The position numbers and the translations under genes were made by a program. 64,000 nt of DNA from Trichoplax adhaerens. Taxonomy: Eukaryota; Animalia; Placozoa. Numbering within the stretch: position 1 is the first letter of the stretch; the number at the start of each line of letters is the position of its first letter. The stretch spans positions 12,843,694 through 12,907,693 of the forward strand of contig NW_002060943.1 of assembly GCF_000150275.1 (NCBI RefSeq), read 5' to 3'. The notes beneath the pieces were generated by a model. It was not told where the DNA came from and made no database searches. It saw only the letters and a program-made list of their open reading frames with translations. Shown here in pieces: positions 1-11,799 of the stretch.

Positions 1-862
1 GACGGCATGGTGTCCATGTAATGCCTGGTTTGCATGTCCATCTTGCTCTTTGCTTTCTTTTTGATCATTATTTACTTGATTACTAGCATTTTTATCCGTA
101 GTAGCAGACCCAGGAGCATTCTTGTTACGGTGTTCATGCCTGCATCTTTCGCTAGGTAGCATTGGCCGAAAAACAAAGCAATCGCCAAATGCGTCCATTT
201 CAACTTCTGGCATGTCATGGTATGGCCAGTAAGAAGGATATAAACTTCTTCTGTATGGCCTAGAATCAGCACATAATTTAAATATTTTACTTCTTGTAAA
301 ATAGACCAAATAAAAGTTATCCAAGATATGGAGATATAACCGATAAAGAAAATAAGAGTATAAATTCTCTTCAATTGATAACGTGCAGAGTGGTCAATAC
401 TACGTTTAAAATTAGATATAGTTTTACTTATTGTTTGATCAATAAAAAATTTTAAAATTTATAGCAGCATCTTTTCTAGAAATTTTAAATCTGCGCAGTA
501 TACTGTACTAATTATAATCGCAATTTTCAATATTTATTCGACAATTTCTTAAGGAATACAAGTAGTACAGTAGGTAGATGCACATCCATACTCATACAGT
601 ACAGCCAATATCCAGTAAATGGGTCTATTAAGTTACAGTAAGTAATCATAAGTAGTAACAAAACACTTACTAGTCGTAGGCTACACCATTCTGCATTTAA
701 AATGTAGAATTAAATCATTGAACGCCTATATCAAATTGCTCAATCTTAAGTTACCATTTCCATCGTTTCTCAATAATATTCTACTTACCACCTAGGTGGC
801 TGGTCGAAGAAATTTCTCCTACCGGATCGTAGTCCTTTAGGATACCAGGGTGAAAATGACAT
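1..862 (-). CDS. 5' part of an uncharacterised spliced gene that runs off the window start (exons ~862-789 and 259-<1)
   Basis: ATG at 862, GTAAGT donor after 789, and an AG acceptor before 259 join in phase. The joined frame MSFSPWYPKGLRSGRRNFFDQPPRW|PYRRSLYPSYWPYHDMPEVEMDAFGDCF... stays open to the window edge. The W/P/F-rich N-terminus with FFDQ is only loosely reminiscent of small heat-shock protein N-termini. Confidence 0.5.
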
Positions 863-1499
863 TCTGTTGATGGAATTGAGCAATTTCAGTCTCTAATAGT
901 ATCGATGAGTGCTGACTATTTATGTACCCAAAGCGTAGAAACAAATCTGGAAACTGATTTATCAACAAGCTAAAGGCAAACGGTGCAATTGGAAGAAACT
1001 GATCTATGCCATCGACAGCATCATCAAGTTCCCAGGCCGGCCACTTATATATCTTTGCCACCATGAATTTCTAGTTCATTCTAGTTCTCCTTGGTCTCGT
1101 AGACTATCCTATTGTTGCACTTACCTCTGTTGTGTATATCCATTAGCTTCGCTATTATTCAATGGATTTATTTACAATTTTTGACTAGGAATAATATTCT
1201 AAATCTTTTCTTCATGATGATAATCAATGGTCCGATATTGTAAATAGTGTATAACTACTGTACACAGTGTAACAACGTTATCCAAGGTTTAAGAGTTGAT
1301 TTATGCTGTGATCATTGATCTGGTGCACTAGTTACTGAAAGTTTGCTTGTATATTAAGCGCCTTAATTAATAATGAGATCGACTTGAGTTGTAAACAAAT
1401 AGTAAATGAATTAAAGATGACAACTTTTAGATTCTAAATATCGACATTATGCACTACACTTAACCTACAGCTATTTTACTGGCTGACTATGAAAGAAGC

Positions 1500-3550
1500 A
1501 TTGAGAAACTACTGCTTCTGTTATCAAGCGGCCAGCAGAGTACTAAGAAATTACAGCATTACTTAATCAAGTGTTTCTTTGCTGAAGTCTATTGATGTTT
1601 TTTTGCCTTTTCCAGAACTTGATCCTAGCCGCTAGAATGGATGGCTTTACTGTAAAAATGCATCCGAAAAGGATTGCCTCAACTATAAATCAAGGCGCCG
1701 AGTAGTAAGGAACTGTTTATTCGTTTTGGTATGGATGCACTAACGTCCAGTAAACAGAAGGTTCTACGAATTGTTAACAACTCCAATCAACTTCTAGCAG
1801 TTCAATACTGACTGGCTTTCAAAACGCTACTTGAAAAGCTTTTAAAGTCCTGTAAAGCAATGTGTTAAGTAATAACAGACTGTTTATTAGTTGACTTAGT
1901 TATTTACCAACACCTACGGGAAGTACCTTATTATGCACCATTCTGGAAGTTTCGGGTAGTTCTAAATAACTTTGCTAATGTTAATTTCTTCTCAACTGTC
2001 AAAATGGCAATCCGTCCCCTACTGTGCAAATATCAAGGAAGCGTGAAATAGCAGTAATTTAGGAATCCTTAATGATGTCACTATAGTACGGCATCCATAT
2101 TTGAAGAGTATTTGCAACGCTGCAGTAGACTACGTCTTCGGAAGCAAGCTCACCACTGCATCGCATAGTGCTTCAATAGCATACCCAGTCAAGTTTTTCG
2201 ATGTTTCTGCCTTACCGAACGAGATATTGCTCTAATTGATTTTAACTGAGTTGAGAGTATTAGCAAATCAATTATGCAACGCTTTAGACCATCCAATACC
2301 AAAGTCTCATTTCATAAGGCAGACATCAAAAAATATTTGATGGAAGCGCCTGTCTAATACACATTGCAGAACTCGTCAAAGTCTACCGTTTTACTAATTT
2401 AAAATAGACGCCTAGAATCACCGAGTTTTCACGTCGAAAATGGTGTGCCTAGTCGTGTAATATCCTACAGAAATTTGCATTGACTTGTACAGTATAAATA
2501 AGGCATTTTATTGATTTGATGAATTTGGTAATTTACGTAACCTATTAATTACCCGTTACTTGAAGTTGTGAGCTTAATTTAAAGCAGTAGTTGCATCCAT
2601 TTGATCGACAATCAAATCCCTGATAGACAAATGAAAGTCTTGCTTTGAGATTAACTCCAGGACACTTAAAGGGATAAACGAGATGAGACTACTATCAGCA
2701 GACCTTCACGTATTTTACTTGAAATTTCTAGAATGAAGAGATACTTTATGATATATTCACTCTTGTTTTTCTTAATTTAGAATTTATTTTGCTTCTGTTC
2801 AAGTATACGTAATATAGCTATTGTTAGTTGCAATGGAAATGCATTTGATCCGCAGTTTTATATTAAAATATAAATCCTAAACTAAACACTGTCATAATGC
2901 TTGGATCAAGTGCGTTTTAGTCAACATTTGTAAGATTTACTGCAATAAAAGCTATTTATCTACTGCTGAAATACGTAGAAGAAAAGTTTTATCCACTATG
3001 GATTTTCGAAAGAAACCTATAAATACTTCAAATTAAAGAGACTACCCATACTTGAAATTTATGGCATATTTTTACAATGAATAAAAAGAAATGACCTAAG
3101 GTAACAGGAACTGTGAGATAATAGTATGATTTGTTCCGTTTGAAAGTCAAAAACATTGTCTGCATATTTGCACTTGCTATCTATCATACTATTTTAAGGA
3201 ATGTAAAGCTAAAATTTCTGTAATAATTGAATTATAGAGTTTTTATTATCTGTTTGGATTTGATTGATTAAAAATAATCATCTAACCGTAAAAGGTTATT
3301 CCAACTTTTAATCATTAATCCTGTACAGTATATACGGACTTAAGAAGCAATGGGGTTGAAAGATTACAGTTACTGTATACTATATAATAGCTTGTTACCT
3401 CCAGTTGGTAGTAAGAAGAGAAAAGAAGATAAAAATTCGAGATAAATAGCAATCCCTTGCGGCAAGGTACGATTGAACCTGCTTGATCAATAGACAGTAA
3501 TGAGTAGGAAAAGAGGTAATCTGGAAACATGTCGGCAATTCTTACACGTA
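1500..3550 (-). pseudogene. Putative decayed multi-exon gene relic, family unknown
   Basis: Several AG...GT-bounded, relatively GC-richer blocks on the minus strand translate to protein-like text with internal stops or frameshifts. Example: ~2210-2090 AETSKNLTGYAIEALCDAVVSLLPKT*STAALQILFKYGC. Confidence 0.25.
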
Positions 3551-6393
3551 GCTAAATCCACAATTTAAATGAGATTGTACATAGTGCGTAATAGCTATAG
3601 CCTGATGTTTATCCTGTTTTAAGGCTTGATTTCAATTGTCACAAACATCATAATTATTTACGGCAGTATTTGAAAAGATGTATATCATTAATATACGAGA
3701 TTTCTATCTAGTAATTATGAATGCTGTAGACAGTTATAACTTTACTGTAGAGCGAAACCTTAATCTAGGTGAATTCAGAAAGATCTTCATTTTAATGTAA
3801 AAGTATTAGCGAAGTATTTCCAGGTAGTTGCAGCTAGCATTTTACAGATATAATAAATAACACATTCGCATGATTCTAATAAAAGAATTAGCTAGCTTAT
3901 TATTAGAAGACAATCTTTGTTATAGATAAGTACGGTAGTGTTAATGATGTAACTTAAACGAATTAAATATTGCATCATTTGCTATCATATTCAATCAATT
4001 ACCATGTTCGTATATGATGCAACCCGTGTTCTTAATTATTAAAAATACAGTCACGAACTATAACTAGTGTCTAACTATAAATAATAAACTCTCAAATTCA
4101 GCAATAAAGCCTTTATCTGTAGATTTATGATACAGCTATGATGGCAATATTATCTTCTTAGGGAAGCATGAGAATAAAAAGAGGTTTTCTCTTATCAGAC
4201 CAAGCTGATTCTAAATCTCAAGAGAATCTTTCTACAACTCGAATCAATATTTTAAATAGAATTTTGTTATCTTATTATACGCAATTAAATCGAAATTTGT
4301 CAGCAAACGCATGTGTTACCGAGTAATTTTTCATAGTTGTCGTAACATAGGTTCTATAAGATAATCTTTCTAGGAACGTATCTACATACCGCTATCTATA
4401 TCCTTTTACCTATTTTTAATAAATAACTGCATAGTTTTCTAATATTATCTATAATTACTATTTAAATCGATTGACTATAAATTAACTGACTTCCCAATAA
4501 AGTCTAACGATAGAAGATCGCCAGTATTTAGTGTCATACTGTAGGTTAATGTCAGGGAGGACAAACCAGACAGTAGACTCGTAGTATAATTTCCAAAGCA
4601 TATTAAAGCAAGTTTAGAATTTCCTAACTGCCTAAGTATTTAACAAGGGTATACAAGTCCAGAGAGAGAAATACCATGCTGACTTCGAGTATACATGTAA
4701 TAAGATCTCCCTACCAATGCCTTTATAACCCTTACCATTATAATATGGTAAGATGGTTTAAAGTAATCTGAATTATTATTTTGATATTTTAGCAATATCT
4801 GCAAGTCTTTTGCTTGCACTCGTTGTCGTGTAATTAAGGAAAGAATCATATTTTCAGTTAACATTACATCATATCCCACTGGCGATGCTCTAGCGCTAAG
4901 GTTTGCTAAATTATGCAAAATTTAGATTTTATTTCGTCAAATAAACATCAATTATTAAAAATGTTTTTCTTCCATGTTATTTATTTATGTCGTAGCAATT
5001 AATGTTGTAGATCAGTCATAGTATTATTTCGATTGTAATGGACTTCAGCCTATTTTTTGATTATAATTTACCCGAAATGAGCATCATTTTCTTTATAGAC
5101 GTAGATCATTAACTCGAAAGATAGCAAATAACATAAAAGAGGTTACGGGAAATTGAGTAACGGCGATTATTATCAATGTAAGTGGGTGGATATTAATCAT
5201 AAATTTGGTGCTTATGAAAATTTTATTATTAATCTGTGCATGGTCTGCAACATATCGACAATTGATCGTGTTTCATGTAGTGCCATAAGCTTCATATTTC
5301 ACTTCTAAACTGTTTCTTTGTGTTCATTTGAAGTAAAATACAGCTTAACACAAGCACAGTAAAAACTCATTTTAGTAACCTGTAAAACTGTAGTAAGTCA
5401 TAATAAATCTGAATTATATTTGCCAATCATATAATCATACAATCATATCGCTGTCAATCTATTCCATCAACATTATTGATAATCTTGATGGAATCGAATT
5501 ATAATTAAATTTGACCCCCCCCCCCCCATTCTCACCTAGTTGTAGCTGGATGCCATCAAATAGTTGAGCAATCCGTGATTGTCTAGCTATCATGTAATCA
5601 AATACAGATCGTATTAAAATCGCTGCAAAGTTAAATTCACCTGCCAAGGAAAAGAGAGATATTGCTTTTTTGAATAACGGCAAAGTGAATAGGTGTAACA
5701 TTGCTCACCGGTCCGGTAACAATCTAGCGTTTAGCGTTAATTTGCTACTTTATAGTGCAGTAGTACACTCACAAGCTGGAGAATAGAATAGAAAATCCTT
5801 TAAACCTTGCTGTGCAGGGTGATGCGAATATCTGGAAACGCTTTACACCTATATGGAGGCAAAACTGTCATTGCTATAGGTATGAAATTTCGTACTTAGA
5901 AAGTTTCAGATCAAGAAAATATATTCCAGTTGTAATTAATTATTGATCTACCATCGTCGGGAGTGAAGCTATTTCACTTGAAAGGTTAGATAAAATGACA
6001 AGAATCAGTAGTAGGAGAAAGATTTGTAGCAAAATTCCTCATTTTCTCGTCATAATAGTAATTGTAGTTGCAGTAAAGACAAGCTCATAGAAGATTGAAC
6101 TAGTAAAATTGTATCGTCAGAAAATATGAAATATGCAGTGTGCCTTGCCGCCAGGTTAATTCTTATAACGAAAATACATGCTTAATCATAGAATTTATGC
6201 ACTATTTCTATTCCTCCCGACGATAGGATATCATCACGATTTCAACACGTACAGTAGGTAAATATTTGGATGAAAAATCTGACATTAGACTCATTATTTT
6301 ACTTTCCTGTAGTAGTTTAACTTTCCTCTTTCCAACTTTGGATATTTGGTAATCAACTGCATGAGCTAAACGAGTTCTTAGGATAATATTCTT

Positions 6394-6418
6394 ATATTAT
6401 ATTATATTATATTATATT
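6394..6418. repeat. (ATTAT)n microsatellite
   Basis: About 5 consecutive ATTAT units. Confidence 0.85.
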
Positions 6419-7431
6419 TAGTCCGGTGTCCAATGTCCACTTTCGTTGCTTTAATTAATTATTATTCATTAATAACACCAGTCACAGAAGCAATCCGTCC
6501 ATTAATGTGATAGTGTTAATTTATTTCCAACAGGTGTCTCAGTTAGTACTTTGACTACTTTCATCTTATTGTAAGCCATGTTGCTGTATAGGGCGGCAAC
6601 CATACTGGAGGAGGATCTCTAATCTTCCTCAAAGCAGTACAGCACCTGCACAGGAGAATCAAAGTTTCCTCCTTCCAACTGTGCCTTGAAGCTTTTAACC
6701 CAAGGTTAAACGGTGATCTTAATAAACCTTGCGATCAATCGCTCTCAATTCTATAGAGTTAATTAATATCTCGTTTCACAAAGTAAAAATAAAAAACATT
6801 TGGCCCAAGCACTCGTCTAAGCCGGCCGGCATCGAAGAACTCTTCAAAGTCTACTCTATTGGAAGAGTTAAAATTCACTAAACTTGGGCACAAAAATTGG
6901 TGTGCGTTCACTATAATCGGAGTGCTACTGAAATTTGCTTGGATAGTACAGGACGTATATATAAGGAACTAAGGTGCGGTATTTTATTCATTCGATGAAT
7001 TTTAATTTTACTATGTAAACGGATTAATTGTCCCTATTTCAAGTGGTGAGCATAATTACATTTCCATCAGTAGCCGTATCCATTGGACCGGCAATCAAAC
7101 TGTTGTTAAACAAGGATAAGGCTTGATTTGAGGTTCATTTCATTGCACTAAAAGGGATGAACCTTAGAACCCTTGTATTTTTGCTAGATTATCTTATTAC
7201 AACCGTAAGCTAAGTCTAAAATAAAAGCAAACTTTACAGTTTGAACTAAACAGTTAACATCGTCAGGATGCTTGGATCAAGCTCATTTCAATTTCAATAG
7301 TCATTTGGTCAAATTTACATTTACTGCATGATGAATGTTAATTAAAAACACACGAAACTACTGTATGCGCGTATTTACTTTTATTTTTTTATCCATCTAC
7401 ACTATTAACAGAATTACTAGATATCATCGTC

Positions 7432-8411
7432 ATGAAAGATTCAACCTTCGCCATCACCACTTGTAGTATTGCTGCCGCGATTGGTGTTTCCCTATTTTTC
7501 TTACGTCGATACTTTGCTGGTAGATATTGCAACAGTAAGGCGATGATGCATCAGAAAACTATCATCATCACCGGCTGCAATACTGGCGTCGGCAAGGAAA
7601 CGGCAATCGATCTGGCAAAACGAGGAGCACGCGTTATCATGGCTTGTCGTGATGATCAGCGTGGATTACAAGCCGCTCAACAGGTTCGCCAGCAAAGTGG
7701 TAACAACAATGTTACCTACAAACACTTGGATCTTGCATCTTTTGCTTCTATTCGTCAATTTGCCAATGATATTATTGATAATGAGAAACAAATTTCTGTA
7801 CTAATCAACAACGCAGCTGTAGCTCATTGCCCTTATAGCACAACACAAGAAGGATTTGAGATGCAATTTGGTGTAAATCATCTTGGCCACTTTTTACTAA
7901 CCAACTTGTTATTAGACAAGCTAAAGGAATCTGCTCCCAGTCGAATCGTTATGTCTCCTCCGGTATATACAAATATGCAACGATTGATTTCGATGATTTG
8001 CATGGTGTTCGATATTACTCACCTCAAGTAGCCTATAAGCAAAGTAAATTAGCTAACCTTCTCTTTGCCCATGAGTTAAATAAGAAACTTCAAGGCTCTG
8101 GTGTCACAGTCAATTCTTTGCATCCTGGAGTAGTCAGAACTGATTTAGGAAGGCACTACGAATGGGCCAAGTCATATTGGGTTGTTCTATTAAGGCCTTT
8201 GCTGATGTTAATATTAAAAACGCCTTTGCAAGGTGCTCAGACATCTATTTACTGCGCTGTTGCAGAAGAATTGGAAGGTGTTTCTGGTCGTTATTACAGC
8301 GATTGCATGGAAAAGAAATTACTACCAAGGGCTAAAGACGATGAAGTTGCCAAGAAACTATGGGATATTAGCTGCAAACTTGTCAATCTAACAGAAAGTA
8401 AAAAGAAATAG
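7432..8411 (+). pseudogene. Intronless retinol dehydrogenase-like SDR (RDH11-14 family) with a single 1-bp frameshift at ~7951; recent pseudogene or sequencing error
   Basis: N-terminal TM, TGCNTGVG Rossmann motif, LDLAS, NNAA and GVNHLGHF lie in ORF 7432-8031. YKQSK and SLHPGVVRT lie in ORF 7998-8411. Adding one base at 'gtt at gtc tcc tcc' restores the canonical RIVxVSS...IDFDDL. Confidence 0.85.
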
Positions 8412-9517
8412 CCCCTTTATTACTTTCCTACCTACAGTCAATTCTGCTAGTTTATATAGTCAGTACGACATCAATGACGATGCTAAGAGATGTATCTGGC
8501 TATTAGTTGTGCTTATAAATAAATAATATTCATTAAGCCATACTGTAATTTTAGAGTTCTCAATTTTAGTTAACTAGTTGAAACTGACTTGGTACAGTAG
8601 TTGCTCCAATCGACCGTAAACCATTCTTGTCGCAGCTTCCAGCAATAAAATAGCCACTGCTGTTATGTCTACTAAAGTAACTTAGAAATTATTTTCGACA
8701 GCTTTTTATACATTGCCAGTCTTCTCTAGAATCAGAGGTAGAGCTCCCTCTGATGTAAAAAGTAACTACTTACATGCATTTGAGCTAGGTTTGCCAGCAA
8801 TGATAACTGTACTCGTGTATGAGTATATTACACCTGAAAGTTTACGCAGTGTAACTCATATATAAAAATTATACTGCTTAAATTTTCAATTATTTCATCT
8901 GAAGGCAAGTGGTCCTTATTGTAAGCGATTATCTAATCTCTATAGACAATTAACTAGGTCATTTACGCGTAAAACTTCAAAATTGCTGGGAAATTGAATG
9001 ATATCCATGGAATGGATAATACTGGTAAAGATGATACTTGCATAATGAAAAATAAATCGTTTATTAAAGTGATTTCTCTTCATGTTATTACCAGTTAATT
9101 TGCAAGAATTATAGGTGAATAGAAGTAAATACTCTTTTGCAGTAATTATAAGATCATGTACAATGGAAAACAATCGATTACACAGATTTCTTTTCATTTT
9201 TTAGACCAGCTCATTTTACAGGAGTTGTAAGTTAGTACCAATAAATGTATATTTGGGTAATTATTACATCATGTATATTGGAAATGGAATCGTTATTAGT
9301 GACTCCGATTTCTTTACCTTTTTGACTAACTAATTTGTGAGAATTGTACATTACTGTCGTATCAATAAATGTTCTTCTTGGATAATTATAAGATCATGTA
9401 CAGTGGAAAAGGAATCGTTATTAGTGACTTTGATGCCTTTTCATTTTTGACATGCTCATTCGCAAGGATTGTAAGTTAGTATCAATAAATGTTCTTTATG
9501 GGCAATTATTACATCAT

Positions 9518-9683
9518 TGTCACAAAACAGCTTGTGTGATCGAACCTAAACTAGCCTATCTACTCTATTTAATGAATCACCGATTAACTACGGGATATAC
9601 AGAAACTAACCTATCCAATAGTCGAGAATCGAAGCAGACGGCAGGGGTTTAGTCGTAATCAAGGAGCATCAAGCTCCATAACA
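9518..9683 (-). mobile_element. 166-bp solo-LTR-like / non-autonomous insertion (TGT...ACA termini, 5-bp TSD)
   Basis: Plus strand begins TGTCAC and ends ATAACA, flanked by ATCAT/ATCCT. Neighbouring repeat units show the empty site (atcat|gtacaatgg). Reverse-complement termini TGTTATGGAG...AGCTGTTTTGTGACA resemble those of the 9771 element. Confidence 0.7.
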
Positions 9684-9770
9684 ATCCTGTACAATGGTAA
9701 TAGAATCGTTATTAGTGACAGAGAATTCTTTCCATTTCGGACTAGCTAATTTGCAAGAATTATACATTAG

Positions 9771-10025
9771 TGTTACGGAGTTCGCTCCGCGTATTTGGTA
9801 AATATTTTGATTATAAGTAGAACCATATTTTGTTACAGATTGTTGTGCTGATGAGTTATATAGCGTACAGTAGTATCATTTAAGACTAGTAACATAAAAA
9901 GTAATTAACCACTAGCATTAATTGGACTATTCACTGAAGGACAGTCAAGGAATAAGTTAGTTTTCCATACTGGAGCTTCCAGTGTGAATTAGACTAGGAA
10001 TCGTTGATAAAGCTACTTTGTGACG
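9771..10025 (+). mobile_element. 255-bp solo-LTR-like insertion, copy 1
   Basis: Starts TGTTACGGAG and ends AAGCTACTTTGTGACG, flanked by a perfect ATTAG/ATTAG TSD. The empty site (ttag|tatcaataa) is seen in other array units. Confidence 0.7.
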
Positions 10026-10161
10026 ATTAGTATCGATAAGTGTTCTTTTTTTGGGGGGGGGGGGTAATGATTACATCATGAATAATGGAAATGGAATCGT
10101 TATTAGTGACAGAGAATTCTTTCCATTTCGGACTAGCTAATTTGCAAGAATTATACATTAG

Positions 10162-10438
10162 TGTTACGGAGTTCGCTCCGCGTATTTGATAAATATTTTG
10201 ATTATAAGTAGAACCATATTTTGTTACAGATTGTTGTGCTGATGAGTTATATAGCGTACAGTAGTATCATTTAAGACTAATAGCATAAAAGTAATTAACC
10301 ACTAGCATTAATTAGACTATTCACTGAAGGACAGTCAAGGAATAAGTTAGTTTTCCATCCTGGAGCTTTCCTAAGTTAGCTAGAAAGCCTTCTAGAGTGA
10401 ATTAGTTTGAGAATCGTTGATAAAGCTACTTTGTGACC
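10162..10438 (+). mobile_element. Solo-LTR-like insertion, copy 2 (duplicated together with its host repeat unit)
   Basis: Near-identical to 9771-10025 with a ~20-bp internal indel, and has the same ATTAG flanks. Confidence 0.7.
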
Positions 10439-11799
10439 ATTAGTATCAATAGTATCAATAAGTGTTCTTTTGGGGTAATGATTACATCATGGATAGTGGA
10501 AAAGGAATCATTAACAGTGATCGAGATTTCTTTTAATTTTTAACCAACTAATTTGCAAGAATTGTACAAGAATAAAAATAATTATTCTTTTGGGGTATTT
10601 ATAACATCAGAAAAGCTATTGTTCATAATGCAAATCTGTAACGTGAGAAAATTAAACTAACTACTGGACTTATATTCATCTTGTATATGTCTCCTAATCA
10701 TACTGTCGATTGCTGTTGACATCATTGCTGTTGATATATCTTGTTGCTTTTACCTTGGCTGCTGCTGACTGTGGAGTAATTATTACTTTACTAGCAAGAA
10801 ATTATTTTCTACCCTTGTTTATAACTACTTCAGCTTACATCTTGATAGCAAAAAGCCAGTGGAAAAGCCGATGATTGATATCTAAATGCGATCAGATCTA
10901 CATCCAATTGCGCCTTTATTTGCGCTCATGTTATATTCTATCGTGCCATCCACTACTCCTTGCATTGCCATTACATATCAAGTTTGATGAGAGTATTTAT
11001 AAGAAATAAGGTGAATTTATCAAAGGACACGATGCAGGAGTAAACCCGATCACTTTATCTGTGTTCTAATTTAGGGATATTAACCTATTTTTGCTTTTCA
11101 TGATTATACTGTCTGCAGTGGTATACGAACGCATTAAATAAATATGAAATAGCGAATGAATGTTCAATTTACTTTACACTGGATGATCGCTATCATTTCT
11201 CAAGAAGAAAAATGGTAAATATCATTGTCAGGAATGAACCTATTTAAAAGCAGATCGATAAACATATTGAAAGTGTTAACAATCGCTTTCTCTCGAAATA
11301 AAAATTGTTGTTGCAACTCCAAGTCGTCCCAAACCTATTACAATGAGCAAGCTAGAAAATAAATCGAACCAATTTTTTATTGCTTGTTATTTGGTTAGGA
11401 TGCTATTAAAATTAGAAGAATGTTTCAAGTCATAAGCAGAGATCGGTACCAAAAATTTAACTAATGTTGATCGCTAGTCGAAAATTTTTCATATTTTTGC
11501 CTTTCCCTGCTGTATTTCAATTAGCAGCTAATGAATGATTGTCGTATTTACTTCTTTATAAAAACAAAAAACAATCGTTGCAGAATAGTAATAGATTGGA
11601 TAAAATAGTCCCAGATACTCTTATAGCAAATATGACCAATTTGAAGACGATCAAGGACCGTAGAAATTCTTTAACTACAAAATAACTATCGTAGCAGCTA
11701 GGCTATGACAATGATGTAACACTAGTTGTCAATTTATCGTATCAATCATATCATTATGCTAACTGATACCTTAGGGAAGAAAGCGTGTAATTTAGATTG

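Larger units (their letters stand above)
8990..10610. repeat. Degenerate ~110-120 bp minisatellite array, interrupted by three insertions and containing a ~391-bp recent duplication
   Basis: Recurrent unit 'ttacatcatg..tggaaa.ggaatcgttattagtgac..ttcttt..ctaatttgcaagaattgtacattagtatcaataaatgttctt..gggtaat'. Segment 9704-10095 is nearly identical to 10096-~10500. Confidence 0.85.
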
